NCBI RefSeq assembly: GCF_003018255.1
Contig: NZ_CP027440.1
Length of the DNA stretch: 64,000 nucleotides
Strand: one strand, 5' to 3'
Source of the DNA: Escherichia coli
Lineage (GTDB): Bacteria; Pseudomonadota; Gammaproteobacteria; Enterobacterales; Enterobacteriaceae
The translations under genes and the position numbers were made by a program. The stretch's first letter is position 1. Each line of letters begins with the position of its first letter. The notes below the pieces were generated by a model, which was not told where the DNA came from, made no database searches, and was given only the letters and a program-made list of their open reading frames with translations. Positions 1 through 13,428 of this stretch are shown here, in pieces.

Positions 1-67
1 TGATGTCTGAAATTCGTTCGCTTTTGGCCTGCACGACCAGGCTGCAAACTTGCCAGTTAGTGTGCAT
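1..67 (-). CDS. napD: NapD, periplasmic nitrate reductase assembly chaperone (5' end only; gene continues past the window edge)
   Basis: Reverse complement of bases 1-67 translates to MHTNWQVCSLVVQAKSERISDI, which I recognise as the NapD N-terminus; start codon overlaps the 3' end of napF as in the nap operon. Confidence 0.75.
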   Translation of the reverse strand, partial: MHTNWQVCSLVVQAKSERISDI

Positions 68-551
68 GGAGATACTCCGCAGTTATGGCTGATACCGGAC
101 AGCTGGCTGCACATGCTCCACATCCGTTGCAAAGTTGGCTATTAAGTTGCGGCTGGTAGATCCCGGAGAGCGTCGGGCGAAAGATAATTGCCATTGGCTC
201 ACAGCTATCCTGACAGCGGCGGCATTCAACTGACTGATACGCCAGGCACGCCTCCCCGATGGTGAACAGCAAATCCCAGGCCCTGGTGTGGCGCGGAGAA
301 AATAGCGATTCGGGGCAAGCCTGCGCGCAGGCGTAACAGAAGCTGCACTCGTTATTTTTGAAATTAACGCTCGGATAGCCACCCGCGCCGCGTTGCAGAA
401 TGTTGTTTTCACAAGCATTAATACAGGCGTCGCAGCGAGTGCAATGGGTCAGAAAATGAGATTCATCACCGGACCAGGGCGGACGGATACCGTTACTGGC
501 TTTGCGCCAGCGACCAGTGAGTATGCCCCGACGGGATGCATCAATCTTCAC
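57..551 (-). CDS. napF: NapF, ferredoxin-type iron-sulfur protein of the periplasmic nitrate reductase operon
   Basis: 164-aa ORF with several CxxCxxCxxxCP 4Fe-4S motifs (e.g. CTRCDACINACE, CNGCGACAASCP); sits immediately upstream of napD. Confidence 0.9.
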   Translation of the reverse strand: MKIDASRRGILTGRWRKASNGIRPPWSGDESHFLTHCTRCDACINACENNILQRGAGGYPSVNFKNNECSFCYACAQACPESLFSPRHTRAWDLLFTIGEACLAYQSVECRRCQDSCEPMAIIFRPTLSGIYQPQLNSQLCNGCGACAASCPVSAITAEYLHAH

Positions 552-664
552 ATTGACCTTCCATCATTAACGCGCTCTGAAAATTGAGAGCGACCAAATA
601 AACCGCATAATTAATAAGCCATTTTTATAGCCGCTAAGATATTAAAGGATGTGTCAAAGATGCA

Positions 665-680
665 TACCCCGATCGGGGTA
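665..680. promoter_or_regulatory. Candidate NarP/NarL 7-2-7 heptamer inverted repeat in the napF control region
   Basis: Perfect palindrome TACCCCGATCGGGGTA upstream of napF; fits the NarL/NarP heptamer-pair class. Functional assignment is from general knowledge of nap regulation. Confidence 0.45.
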
Positions 681-958
681 AAACCTGTAGCAGGATCAAA
701 AGAGTGGCAGGAAGCGTGGCAAAAACGGGCTTTTGCTCACATTTCAAATGGTTATAAACATATTTATATAGCGATTAATTCGCCAGAGATATTTCTGCTG
801 GTTTGTTTTCTCATCAGAATTTAACACTAAAAGAGCAGGTAAAATTATCTGAATGTTCTTTAAGTTATTCATAAAGCAAATTAATAAATCTGATGAATAT
901 GTTAACCTTCAGCGACATCATCGGTGAAAACCTATAAATGAAGAAGGAAAGCAAAAAA

Positions 959-1447
959 ATGAAGACCATTCTACCTGCAGTATTGTTTGCCGCTTTCGCC
1001 ACCACTTCCGCCTGGGCGGCAGAAAGCGTCCAGCCACTGGAAAAAATCGCACCTTATCCACAAGCTGAAAAAGGCATGAAGCGCCAGGTGATTCAGTTAA
1101 CCCCGCAAGAAGATGAATCTACCCTGAAAGTAGAACTGTTAATCGGCCAGACGCTGGAAGTCGATTGCAATTTGCATCGTCTCGGCGGGAAGCTGGAAAG
1201 CAAAACGCTGGAAGGCTGGGGCTATGATTATTATGTCTTTGATAAAGTCAGTTCCCCGGTTTCGACGATGATGGCCTGCCCGGATGGCAAGAAAGAGAAG
1301 AAATTTGTCACCGCGTATCTGGGCGATGCCGGAATGCTGCGTTATAACAGCAAGCTGCCGATCGTGGTGTATACGCCAGACAATGTAGATGTGAAGTACC
1401 GCGTCTGGAAGGCGGAAGAGAAAATTGACAACGCGGTAGTTCGCTAA
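959..1447 (+). CDS. eco: Ecotin, periplasmic serine protease inhibitor
   Basis: ORF 938-1447; mature protein start [20 protein letters not shown] (signal peptide) at the internal ATG 959 gives the 162-aa size I recall for ecotin. Confidence 0.88.
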
Positions 1448-1474
1448 ACTGCTGTGAAGTGCTGCAACCGCCAG

Positions 1475-1590
1475 GTCGGATAAGGCGGTTACGCCGCATC
1501 CGACATCTAACGCCCGAGCCGGTTGCCTGATGCGACGCTGACGCGTCTTATCTGCATACGCCACATCCGGCATACCATGCCGGATGTGGC
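1475..1590. repeat. Cluster of REP-type (repetitive extragenic palindromic) elements between eco and mqo
   Basis: GC-rich imperfect palindromes of the familiar form GCCGCATCCGACA / GCCTGATGCGACGCTGACGCGTCTTATC / CCGGATGTGGC between convergent genes. Confidence 0.6.
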
Positions 1591-1596
1591 ACATCA

Positions 1597-3255
<1,659 letters not shown>

Positions 3256-3460
3256 TTACTTTTAGTCGCTTTATTGCAGGTGAGATTTGCGCGGCATCAA
3301 CGGTAACACTTAAGTAACAACATTTAAATAATGTTTATAAATTATATTCTAATTTTAGAAACATTATAATTTCGTTGATTAATTATAGGGTTATTAGAAA
3401 TGAAGGGATTTTTAGCATATTAACCTGGCGGCAGCAGTCCGCCAGGTCAGCGTCGTAATA

Positions 3461-5104
3461 TTATGCCGTCCGGGCAACGGCATCACGCGAAGCAGCATCG
3501 CGCTCTTCGCCTGTCAGCTCGCTAAGTTGCCCGTTGCGCATTTCCAGCAGGCGGTCGGCGTGGATAAAGTAATGATCATCATGACTGATGGCGAAAATAG
3601 TTTTACCCATCTCCTGCATCAGCGGCAGCAGCACCTGATAAAACTCACGACGGAAGTGTGGATCCTGATCCGCCGCCCATTCATCCAGCAGGATAATATC
3701 GCGTTCTTCTGCCAGCGCCAGCAACAGCGCCACGCGTTTTTTCTGCCCTTTTGATAACTTCAGGTTAACAATACGCCCGTTGCTTAACTCAAGCTTATGA
3801 GCCATTTTCAGCTGCGCCAGCCACTTCTCAACCAGTTGCGGGTTAGCGGGTTGCCCCTCCGGCCCCAGCAGTTGATCAAACAGCCAGACATCGGTAAACA
3901 CTGCCGAAAACAGTTTTCGATAATCTTCCGGTTGTTCGCCGCTGACAGGTTTGCCATCCAGCAAGATTTCGCCATTTTGTGGCTGGTACAAGCCCGTCAG
4001 CAACATCGCCAGCGTCGATTTTCCACTACCGTTGCCACCAATCAGAAACAGCAGCTCGCCACGTTTGATGGTGAGGTTAATTGGCCCAACGGAAAACGCG
4101 TTATCCTGATAGCTAAACGTCACGTTACGCAGCTCCAGCGTTTGCCAGTTGGGAAAAGCCTGCGGGCGCGGAAACTCTGCTTTGAAAGGCGCGAGCGCGA
4201 ATTTGTTCAGCTTGTTAAACGCCACCTGCGCCGTCAGCAGCGTCGGCAATGCGCCAACCGCCGAAAGCAGCGGCGTACGCAGGAATAACAGCGTCAACGA
4301 ATAGGTCGCAGCAACGTTGGTATCAGCCCAACCGAGACTGTTCGCCATCCAGAACACCAGGCCGATAGCGCCCAGCATCATGATGTTTGACCAGTTCACG
4401 GCACTAAGATGGAAGGTGTCTGCGCGAATAATATGATGGCGATACTCTTGCGCATCAGGAATGTAGAGGTTGTTAAACACATACTCGGCGCGTTCACGGT
4501 TCAGAGTCAGCTCTTTGCGCCCTTCGAGTACAGTTTGAAAATCCGTGTACAGCTTATCTTCGGTTTCACGCAGGGTCGCCATATGTTTGTACACCCGCGC
4601 CACCAGCACAAAACCGCCCCAGATGGTGACTGCCATCCAGATAGCCGTTACCAGCAACATTTTGCCCGACAGCATCCACAAATACGCCGCTGAACCGATA
4701 GTGAGAATGATCCCCTGCACCAGTTCCGGCAGACGCACAAAAGCAATGGTGATATTGCGCACATCGCTGGTTAATCCCGCCAGCAACGAGGCGCTACCGA
4801 GTTGTTCAATGCGCTCGACGTGAGTATCGAGAATCCGCTTGATAAATTCACTACGCAGTCGGTAAACGAAGTGATGCCCCAAAGTGGTGAGCGCCAGTTG
4901 CGATCCGAGAGTGACGGCCATCAACAGCAGCAATAACCCCAGAAACTCCGGCAATACCAGCAGACTGGTATCCGCCGTTTCGATAAGGCGCTGATTGATA
5001 AAAGCAATTAAGCCAATGCCTAATGCCGCACTGGCGAGGCTTAGCGCCATCACACTGATAAATGGCCAGCGATACTGCCGCCAGACAAGTACAAGAAGTT
5101 CCAT
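3461..5104 (-). CDS. yojI: ABC transporter fused permease/ATPase (microcin J25 efflux type)
   Basis: 547-aa ORF with N-terminal transmembrane region and C-terminal Walker A (GGNGSGKST), ABC signature (LSKGQKKR) and Walker B (ILLLDE). Confidence 0.88.
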   Translation of the reverse strand: MELLVLVWRQYRWPFISVMALSLASAALGIGLIAFINQRLIETADTSLLVLPEFLGLLLLLMAVTLGSQLALTTLGHHFVYRLRSEFIKRILDTHVERIEQLGSASLLAGLTSDVRNITIAFVRLPELVQGIILTIGSAAYLWMLSGKMLLVTAIWMAVTIWGGFVLVARVYKHMATLRETEDKLYTDFQTVLEGRKELTLNRERAEYVFNNLYIPDAQEYRHHIIRADTFHLSAVNWSNIMMLGAIGLVFWMANSLGWADTNVAATYSLTLLFLRTPLLSAVGALPTLLTAQVAFNKLNKFALAPFKAEFPRPQAFPNWQTLELRNVTFSYQDNAFSVGPINLTIKRGELLFLIGGNGSGKSTLAMLLTGLYQPQNGEILLDGKPVSGEQPEDYRKLFSAVFTDVWLFDQLLGPEGQPANPQLVEKWLAQLKMAHKLELSNGRIVNLKLSKGQKKRVALLLALAEERDIILLDEWAADQDPHFRREFYQVLLPLMQEMGKTIFAISHDDHYFIHADRLLEMRNGQLSELTGEERDAASRDAVARTA

Positions 5105-5179
5105 GCAGAAAACCCGGACAATGAATTACAGCCCGCAGTTTAAACATCTTCGCGCGCACAGCAATAATAATTCTTATTT

Positions 5180-5830
5180 TTATTCTTTTTTACCTGCCTG
5201 ACGGAATGTCAGGTTGTAGCGGCAGTCGGTGGTGAGTGGATGAAACCCCGCTTTCAACGGTTGAATACCGTGATAAAACAGCCGCGATTCACCGCCCCAT
5301 ACCACCACATCGCCATGTTCCAGCAACAATCTTTTTAGCGGATCATTTCGTTTCAGGCCGCCAAATTGAAAAATCGCGGGTAAGCCCAGAGAAACAGAAA
5401 CAATCGGCGCGCGCAGATCCGGTTCGTCTTTATCCTGATGCAGCGACAGTTTCGCGCCAGGAGCGTAGCGGTTGATAAGACAAGCATCTGGCTGGAAATC
5501 TGGATAGCCCGCCGCCGTAGCCGCACGTTGACATAAATGATGAAAACTCTGCGGCATGGCGGGCCACGGTTTATTTGTTTGCGGATCAATGGGCGAATAG
5601 AGATAACCCTGCCGATGGGTGGTCCAGCCCAGACGCCCGCAGTTGGTCATCGCCACCGACATGGTATATCCGCCTGGAGTGACCATCTGGCGAAACGGCG
5701 ACTGGCTGGCAACGTCATTAATATCGCGGATCAGTTGCTCCGCAGCGTTAAAAGCAAAACGGTGCAAAATCACCGCTCCAGCCGCCAGTGGTTCTTGCCA
5801 CGGTTCAGCATCGGCAAACAGATCCAACAT
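5180..5830 (-). CDS. alkB: AlkB, Fe(II)/2-oxoglutarate-dependent DNA/RNA demethylase
   Basis: 216-aa ORF; start codon overlaps the ada stop by one base (ada-alkB operon arrangement); sequence recognised as AlkB. Confidence 0.9.
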   Translation of the reverse strand: MLDLFADAEPWQEPLAAGAVILHRFAFNAAEQLIRDINDVASQSPFRQMVTPGGYTMSVAMTNCGRLGWTTHRQGYLYSPIDPQTNKPWPAMPQSFHHLCQRAATAAGYPDFQPDACLINRYAPGAKLSLHQDKDEPDLRAPIVSVSLGLPAIFQFGGLKRNDPLKRLLLEHGDVVVWGGESRLFYHGIQPLKAGFHPLTTDCRYNLTFRQAGKKE

Positions 5831-6894
5831 TACCTCTCCTCATTCTCAGCTTCGCGGCGCAGCAGTTGCGCTTTACGCGACACGCCCCAGCGGTAACCGG
5901 AAAGTGTGCCATCACCACGGACCACCCGATGACAAGGTATAACGATAGCTAGCTTGTTGGCGGCACAGGCGCTGGCAACGGCCCGTACCGCTTTCGGTTT
6001 GCCAATGGCGTTAGCCAGTTGCTGATAACTGACGGTTTCACCGCAAGGTATCGTGCGCAGTGCCTGCCAGACTTGTTGCTGAAAAGCAGTGCCGCGAATG
6101 TCCAGTGGTAACGTCAGCGGCGTATCGCGTTGATTGAGGCTGGCGATCACTTCACGCACATGTTGCTGAAACGTAAGATCGGCAGGCGCGCTGTCGGCAG
6201 CGGGAAACATCTGCTGTAACTCGCTGATTAGTGTCGCGTCATCATCGCCCAGTAATATCGCGCAAATCCCCCGCTCACTTTCTGCCACCAGGCAACGGCC
6301 CAGCTCACAATCAGCCAGCGCGTAACGCACCGCCAGATTTTCGCCACCGTGACGGAATTGTTTAGCCGTCATGCCCAGCGTTTCGTCGGCTTTGCGGTAG
6401 TAACTGCTGCTGTCGGGGAATCCGGCGTTAAGAATAGATGTAGTCACGCTCTCCCCTTTCGCCAGCAATTCGCGCAAACGGCGAGCGCGCCAGGCCTGTT
6501 GCCAGGCTTTAGGCGTCATTCCGGTAGTCGCTTTAAACAACCGATGCAAATGAAATGGACTCATCGCCACCTGGTCGGCTAAGGCTTCCAGCGTTACAGG
6601 CGTTTCCTGTTCCAGAAGTCGGCAGGCGTGGGTAATTTTATCAAGGCGATGTTGCAGGGGATTGGCTTTGTCTGGCTGACAACGTTTGCAGGGACGAAAG
6701 CCAGCGGCAAGCGCCTCGCTGGCATTTGCGTAGAAGGAGACATTTTCCCGCAAGGCATGTCTGGCGCGGCAAGACGGACGGCAAAAGATACCCGTGGTGC
6801 GCACGGCGAAAACGAATTCGCCGTCGGCGTTCGGGTCGCGGGCTAAGACAGATTGCCAGCGTTGATCGTCAGTTAAACATGTGGCGTTTTTCAT
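5830..6894 (-). CDS. ada: Ada, bifunctional transcriptional activator / O6-methylguanine-DNA methyltransferase
   Basis: 354-aa ORF with N-terminal Cys cluster (CRPSCRARH...CKRC), AraC-type HTH, and C-terminal methyltransferase active site PCHRV. Confidence 0.92.
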   Translation of the reverse strand: MKNATCLTDDQRWQSVLARDPNADGEFVFAVRTTGIFCRPSCRARHALRENVSFYANASEALAAGFRPCKRCQPDKANPLQHRLDKITHACRLLEQETPVTLEALADQVAMSPFHLHRLFKATTGMTPKAWQQAWRARRLRELLAKGESVTTSILNAGFPDSSSYYRKADETLGMTAKQFRHGGENLAVRYALADCELGRCLVAESERGICAILLGDDDATLISELQQMFPAADSAPADLTFQQHVREVIASLNQRDTPLTLPLDIRGTAFQQQVWQALRTIPCGETVSYQQLANAIGKPKAVRAVASACAANKLAIVIPCHRVVRGDGTLSGYRWGVSRKAQLLRREAENEER

Positions 6895-6967
6895 AATCAG
6901 CTCCCTGGTTAAGGATAGCCGTTAGTCTGCCCGGTCACCATCGCGCAAAAACCAACAATCTTGCGCT

Positions 6968-8023
6968 TTAATTTTTTTCGCTGATAAGGAAGCTTTTAAA
7001 CTGCGGCGACATCCAGGTTTTAAAATTATCGCCCTCTTTGGTGATCATGTAGACCGCCAGTCCTTCCCGGCGAACAACCTCTTTGGCTTTCTCCGGCCCG
7101 AGCACCATTAAGCCAGTATCCCAGGCATCGGCTTCCAGCGCCGTCGGGGCAATCACCGTCACGGATACGAGATTGTGTTCGATAGGACGCCCGGTTTGCG
7201 GATCGATAACATGAGAAAGACGTTTGCCGTCCAGTTCGTAATAGTTACGGTAGCTGCCAGAGGTACTAATCCCATGACCGTTGATATCCACCACGGCCTG
7301 AACCGCGTTTTCTTTATCGGTTGGCTTTTGAATCGCTACCCGCCACGGCTTGCCAGCACCGTTCATACCACGGCTGTTCAGCGCGCCGCCCACCGACACC
7401 AGATAGCGGGAAATCCCTTCCTGCTCCATCAAGCGTGCCAGGTGATCCGCCGCATAACCTTCGCCGACGGTGGAGAGATCGACATATAAATCCGGCAGGT
7501 CTTTTTGCAGATATTGCTGATGCGACTGATTAATGACCGTCAGGTGCTGTAAGCCGGTTTTGGCTTTCATCGCATCGATCTGTTCCTGGCTCGGAATTTG
7601 AACCGGTTGTTGTTCCGGACCAAAGCCCCACAGATTCACCAGCGGCCCGACGGTTATATCCATCGCGCCATCGGTCTTCGCGCCAATGCGCAGCGAGGTA
7701 GTGACGATATCGGCCATCGCTTCACTTACCGGCCACGGCGACAAACTTTGCGAGTCGTTAAAGCGCATCAGCGCGGAATCTTTTTTATAGGTCGAAAGCA
7801 GCTGATCGTCAGCGTCCAGTTGGGTCTGAATCTTTTCTTTAAGTTCGGCACTGCGTTTGGCGTCAATGCCCGGGATGCTGGCACGCCAGAAGGTACCCAT
7901 GGTTTTGCCTTCAAGAACGGTAACTTCAGTAGCGTGGGTTTTGGCGGGTTGTGGTTTTTGATCGCAACCAACAAAGAAGAGCGCGGCAGCCAGCAGTGCC
8001 ACGCGGGTAAAGCTTATTTCCAT
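6968..8023 (-). CDS. apbE: ApbE/Ftp FAD:protein FMN transferase (lipoprotein)
   Basis: 351-aa ORF with lipoprotein signal (LFFVGC); sequence recognised as ApbE. Confidence 0.88.
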   Translation of the reverse strand: MEISFTRVALLAAALFFVGCDQKPQPAKTHATEVTVLEGKTMGTFWRASIPGIDAKRSAELKEKIQTQLDADDQLLSTYKKDSALMRFNDSQSLSPWPVSEAMADIVTTSLRIGAKTDGAMDITVGPLVNLWGFGPEQQPVQIPSQEQIDAMKAKTGLQHLTVINQSHQQYLQKDLPDLYVDLSTVGEGYAADHLARLMEQEGISRYLVSVGGALNSRGMNGAGKPWRVAIQKPTDKENAVQAVVDINGHGISTSGSYRNYYELDGKRLSHVIDPQTGRPIEHNLVSVTVIAPTALEADAWDTGLMVLGPEKAKEVVRREGLAVYMITKEGDNFKTWMSPQFKSFLISEKN

Positions 8024-8093
8024 ACGTGATTATCCTCATGCGAACGGTCGCAAGAGTACACCAAAAAACTGTGTTTGTACGCTGAAAACAATG

Positions 8094-8119
8094 AAAAAAG
8101 GGCCCGCAGGCCCTTTGTT
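8094..8119 (-). terminator. Rho-independent terminator downstream of ompC
   Basis: Perfect hairpin GGGCC-CGCA-GGCCC flanked by an A-tract on one side and TTTGTT on the other; on the minus strand it is followed by TTTTTT just after the ompC stop. Confidence 0.75.
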
Positions 8120-8134
8120 CGATATCAATCGAGA

Positions 8135-9280
<1,146 letters not shown>

Positions 9281-9392
9281 TTATATGCCTTTATTTGCTT
9301 TTTTATGCCACTGCATACTGATTAACCCTCATTAATCAGTCGGCAAGTCCATTCTCCCCAAAAATGCAGAATAATCCAACACGAATATGATA

Positions 9393-9450
9393 CTAAAACT
9401 TTTAAGATGTTTCATTTATCGCTATAGATGTTTCAGAATGTAAATGAAAG
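9393..9450. promoter_or_regulatory. OmpR binding region (C1-C3 type sites) of the ompC promoter
   Basis: Minus-strand reading gives TTTACATTCTGAAACATCTATAGCGATAAATGAAACATCTTAAAAGTT, tandem TTTACA/GAAACA OmpR half-site repeats upstream of ompC. Confidence 0.7.
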
Positions 9451-9599
9451 GGAACTTTTTAAGATTATTGCGGAATGACCAAATAAGCACCTAACATCAA
9501 GCAATATTAATTCAAGGTTAAAATCAATAACTTATTCTTAATTATTTGACAGCACTGAATGTCAAAACAAAACCTTCACTCGCAACTAGAATATCTTCC

Positions 9600-9692
9600 G
9601 CTATCATCATTAACTTTATTTATTACCGTCATTCATTTCTGAATGTCTGTTTACCCCTATTTCAACCGGATGCCTCGCATCCGGTTTTTTTT
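9600..9692 (+). ncRNA. micF: MicF antisense sRNA (represses ompF), transcribed divergently from ompC, with its own intrinsic terminator
   Basis: Sequence GCTATCATCATTAACTTTATTTATTACCGTCATTCATTTCTGAATGTCTGTTTACCCCTATTTCAACCGGATGCCTCGCATCCGGTTTTTTTT matches micF as I remember it; ends in the hairpin CCGGATGCCTCGCATCCGG plus U-tract. Confidence 0.9.
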
Positions 9693-10003
9693 ACCCTTCT
9701 TTACACACTTTTCATTATTCTGTGCTACCACAGATAAACTATAACGCTTGTTAACTATTTCACAAATAATTAACATCAGCATAATTTCCAGCAATCTTCG
9801 TTTATTTGCAATTAATTTCGTTAGGCTTTTTGTAGGTTATTTGTACAGCAAAATGGCGCTTGTACATCTATTTCCCCCAATGCAGGATGATAAATATCAC
9901 GGGAGAATAGAGAATCATCAATCCGGTAAGAGTCTGGAATTTCACACTGTACCCTTTATACTGCCCTATCACTTCGCGAAGTTTTAACAGGTCATAAACA
10001 CGA

Positions 10004-12676
10004 ATGCGTCAGAAAGAGACAACGGCCACGACCCGCTTTTCACTCCTACCGGGGAGCATTACCCGCTTCTTTTTACTGTTGATCATTGTGTTACTGGTGA
10101 CGATGGGTGTAATGGTACAAAGCGCCGTTAACGCCTGGCTGAAAGATAAAAGTTACCAGATTGTCGACATTACCCACGCTATCCAAAAGCGCGTCGATAC
10201 CTGGCGTTACGTGACCTGGCAGATCTACGACAACATTGCCGCGACGACCACCCCCTCCTCCGGCGAAGGTTTACAAGAGACGCGCCTGAAACAGGATGTC
10301 TACTATCTGGAGAAACCACGCCGCAAAACGGAAGCGTTAATCTTTGGCTCTCACGACAACTCAACGCTTGAGATGACTCAACGGATGTCCACTTATCTGG
10401 ATACATTGTGGGGCGCAGAAAATGTACCGTGGTCGATGTATTACCTGAATGGTCAGGATAACAGTCTGGTGCTGATCTCAACCCTGCCCCTCAAAGATCT
10501 CACCTCCGGATTTAAAGAATCGACCGTCAGCGACATTGTTGATTCACGTCGTGCAGAGATGTTGCAACAGGCCAACGCCCTCGATGAACGCGAAAGCTTT
10601 TCTAACATGCGCCGCCTGGCCTGGCAGAACGGTCATTACTTTACCTTGCGTACCACGTTCAACCAGCCGGGACATCTGGCAACGGTTGTGGCTTTTGATC
10701 TGCCGATTAATGATTTGATCCCACCGGGTATGCCGCTGGACAGTTTCCGCCTTGAGCCAGACGCGACGGCAACGGGAGACAATGATAATGAGAAAGAAGG
10801 GACGGATAGCGTCAGTATCCACTTTAACAGTACGAAGATTGAAATCTCCTCGGCACTCAACTCTACCGATATGCGCCTGGTCTGGCAGGTTCCTTATGGC
10901 ACCTTATTGCTGGATACGTTGCAAAACATTCTGCTGCCACTGCTGCTGAACATCGGTTTGCTGGCGCTGGCGTTATTTGGCTATACCACATTTCGCCATT
11001 TCTCCAGTCGCAGTACAGAAAGTCTACCCAACACGGCGGTCAATAACGAATTGCGCATTTTACGGGCAATCAATGAAGAGATAGTCTCACTGCTGCCGCT
11101 CGGCCTGCTGGTTCACGATCAGGAATCGAACCGCACTGTCATAAGTAACAAAATTGCCGATCATTTGCTGCCGCATTTGAATCTGCAAAACATCACCACC
11201 ATGGCGGAACAGCATCAGGGGATTATTCAGGCGACGATCAATAACGAGCTGTATGAGATCCGCATGTTCCGCAGCCAGGTTGCGCCGCGCACACAAATTT
11301 TCATTATTCGCGATCAGGATCGCGAAGTGCTGGTAAACAAGAAACTCAAGCAGGCGCAGCGTCTGTATGAGAAAAACCAGCAGGGGCGGATGACCTTTAT
11401 GAAAAACATTGGCGATGCGCTGAAAGAACCCGCACAGTCCCTGGCGGAGAGCGCGGCTAAACTCAACGCCCCGGAAGGCAAACAACTGACGAATCAGGCG
11501 GATGTGCTGGTGCGGCTGGTCGATGAAATACAGTTAGCGAACATGCTTGCGGACGATAGCTGGAAAAGTGAGACGGTGCTGTTCTCCGTGCAGGATTTAA
11601 TTGATGAAGTTGTGCCTTCAGTGTTGCCTGCCATCAAGCGTAAAGGTCTGCAACTGCTGATTAACAATCATCTGAAAGCACACGACATGCGCCGCGGCGA
11701 TCGCGATGCCTTACGACGTATTTTGCTGTTACTGATGCAATATGCCGTGACCTCAACGCAATTGGGAAAAATCACCCTTGAGGTTGATCAGGATGAGTCC
11801 TCCGAAGACCGCCTGACGTTCCGTATTCTGGACACTGGAGAAGGCGTAAGCATTCATGAAATGGATAATTTGCACTTCCCGTTTATCAACCAGACCCAAA
11901 ACGATCGCTATGGCAAGGCGGACCCGCTGGCATTCTGGCTGAGCGATCAACTGGCGCGTAAACTGGGCGGTCATTTAAACATCAAAACGCGGGATGGGCT
12001 TGGTACTCGCTACTCTGTGCATATCAAAATGCTCGCAGCTGACCCGGAAGTTGAAGAGGAAGAAGAGCGTTTACTGGATGATGTCTGCGTAATGGTGGAT
12101 GTTACTTCGGCAGAAATTCGGAATATTGTCACTCGCCAGTTAGAAAATTGGGGTGCAACCTGTATCACACCCGATGAAAGATTAATTAGTCAAGATTATG
12201 ATATCTTTTTAACGGATAATCCGTCTAATCTTACTGCCTCTGGCTTGCTTTTAAGCGATGATGAGTCTGGCGTACGGGAAATTGGGCCTGGTCAATTGTG
12301 CGTCAACTTCAATATGAGCAACGCTATGCAGGAAGCGGTCTTACAATTAATTGAAGTGCAACTGGCGCAGGAAGAGGTGACAGAATCGCCTCTGGGCGGA
12401 GATGAAAATGCGCAACTCCATGCCAGCGGCTATTATGCGCTCTTTGTAGACACAGTACCGGATGATGTTAAGAGGCTGTATACTGAAGCAGCGACCAGTG
12501 ACTTTGCTGCGTTAGCCCAAACGGCTCATCGTCTTAAAGGCGTATTTGCCATGCTAAATCTGGTACCCGGCAAGCAGTTATGTGAAACGCTGGAACATCT
12601 GATTCGTGAGAAGGATGTTCCAGGAATAGAAAAATACATCAGCGACATTGACAGTTATGTCAAGAGCTTGCTGTAG
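10004..12676 (+). CDS. rcsD: RcsD (YojN) phosphotransfer protein of the Rcs phosphorelay
   Basis: 890-aa ORF with N-terminal TM segments, degenerate kinase-like region and C-terminal HPt domain; upstream of and overlapping rcsB. Confidence 0.9.
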   Translation: MRQKETTATTRFSLLPGSITRFFLLLIIVLLVTMGVMVQSAVNAWLKDKSYQIVDITHAIQKRVDTWRYVTWQIYDNIAATTTPSSGEGLQETRLKQDVYYLEKPRRKTEALIFGSHDNSTLEMTQRMSTYLDTLWGAENVPWSMYYLNGQDNSLVLISTLPLKDLTSGFKESTVSDIVDSRRAEMLQQANALDERESFSNMRRLAWQNGHYFTLRTTFNQPGHLATVVAFDLPINDLIPPGMPLDSFRLEPDATATGDNDNEKEGTDSVSIHFNSTKIEISSALNSTDMRLVWQVPYGTLLLDTLQNILLPLLLNIGLLALALFGYTTFRHFSSRSTESLPNTAVNNELRILRAINEEIVSLLPLGLLVHDQESNRTVISNKIADHLLPHLNLQNITTMAEQHQGIIQATINNELYEIRMFRSQVAPRTQIFIIRDQDREVLVNKKLKQAQRLYEKNQQGRMTFMKNIGDALKEPAQSLAESAAKLNAPEGKQLTNQADVLVRLVDEIQLANMLADDSWKSETVLFSVQDLIDEVVPSVLPAIKRKGLQLLINNHLKAHDMRRGDRDALRRILLLLMQYAVTSTQLGKITLEVDQDESSEDRLTFRILDTGEGVSIHEMDNLHFPFINQTQNDRYGKADPLAFWLSDQLARKLGGHLNIKTRDGLGTRYSVHIKMLAADPEVEEEEERLLDDVCVMVDVTSAEIRNIVTRQLENWGATCITPDERLISQDYDIFLTDNPSNLTASGLLLSDDESGVREIGPGQLCVNFNMSNAMQEAVLQLIEVQLAQEEVTESPLGGDENAQLHASGYYALFVDTVPDDVKRLYTEAATSDFAALAQTAHRLKGVFAMLNLVPGKQLCETLEHLIREKDVPGIEKYISDIDSYVKSLL

Positions 12677-12692
12677 CAAGGTAGCCTATTAC

Positions 12693-13343
12693 ATGAACAA
12701 TATGAACGTAATTATTGCCGATGACCATCCGATAGTCTTGTTCGGTATTCGCAAATCACTTGAGCAAATTGAGTGGGTGAATGTTGTCGGCGAATTTGAA
12801 GACTCTACAGCACTGATCAACAACCTGCCGAAACTGGATGCGCATGTGTTGATTACCGATCTCTCCATGCCTGGCGATAAGTACGGCGATGGCATTACCT
12901 TAATCAAGTACATCAAGCGCCATTTCCCAAGCCTGTCGATCATTGTTCTGACTATGAACAACAACCCGGCGATTCTTAGTGCGGTATTGGATCTGGATAT
13001 CGAAGGGATCGTGCTGAAACAAGGTGCACCGACCGATCTGCCGAAAGCTCTCGCCGCGCTGCAGAAAGGGAAGAAATTTACCCCGGAAAGCGTTTCTCGC
13101 CTGTTGGAAAAAATCAGTGCTGGTGGTTACGGTGACAAGCGTCTCTCGCCAAAAGAGAGTGAAGTTCTACGCCTGTTTGCGGAAGGTTTCCTGGTGACCG
13201 AGATCGCTAAAAAGCTGAACCGCAGTATCAAAACCATCAGTAGCCAGAAGAAATCTGCGATGATGAAGCTGGGTGTCGAGAACGATATTGCTCTGCTGAA
13301 TTATCTCTCTTCTGTGACGTTAAGTCCGGCAGATAAAGACTAA
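12693..13343 (+). CDS. rcsB: RcsB response regulator (LuxR/FixJ family)
   Basis: Start set at MNNMNVIIADDHP (216 aa) inside the 231-codon ORF; receiver domain plus C-terminal LuxR HTH. Confidence 0.92.
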   Translation: MNNMNVIIADDHPIVLFGIRKSLEQIEWVNVVGEFEDSTALINNLPKLDAHVLITDLSMPGDKYGDGITLIKYIKRHFPSLSIIVLTMNNNPAILSAVLDLDIEGIVLKQGAPTDLPKALAALQKGKKFTPESVSRLLEKISAGGYGDKRLSPKESEVLRLFAEGFLVTEIAKKLNRSIKTISSQKKSAMMKLGVENDIALLNYLSSVTLSPADKD

Positions 13344-13344
13344 T

Positions 13345-13428
13345 CACCTGTAGGCCAGATAAGACGCGTCAGTGTCTTATCTGGCATTTGCACGGATTGC
13401 CGGATGCGGCGTAAACGCCTTATCCGTC
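13345..13428. repeat. REP-type palindromic element(s) between convergent rcsB and rcsC
   Basis: GTAGGCCAGATAAGACGCGTCAGTGTCTTATCTGGC ... GCCGGATGCGGCGTAAACGCCTTATCCG, typical REP sequence. Confidence 0.6.

Noticed and set aside
9546-9987. Two small + strand ORFs (63 and 79 aa) in the ompC-rcsD spacer
   Set aside because: The first overlaps the micF sRNA and its terminator; both are AT-rich with odd composition. The region is better explained as micF plus the rcsD promoter.
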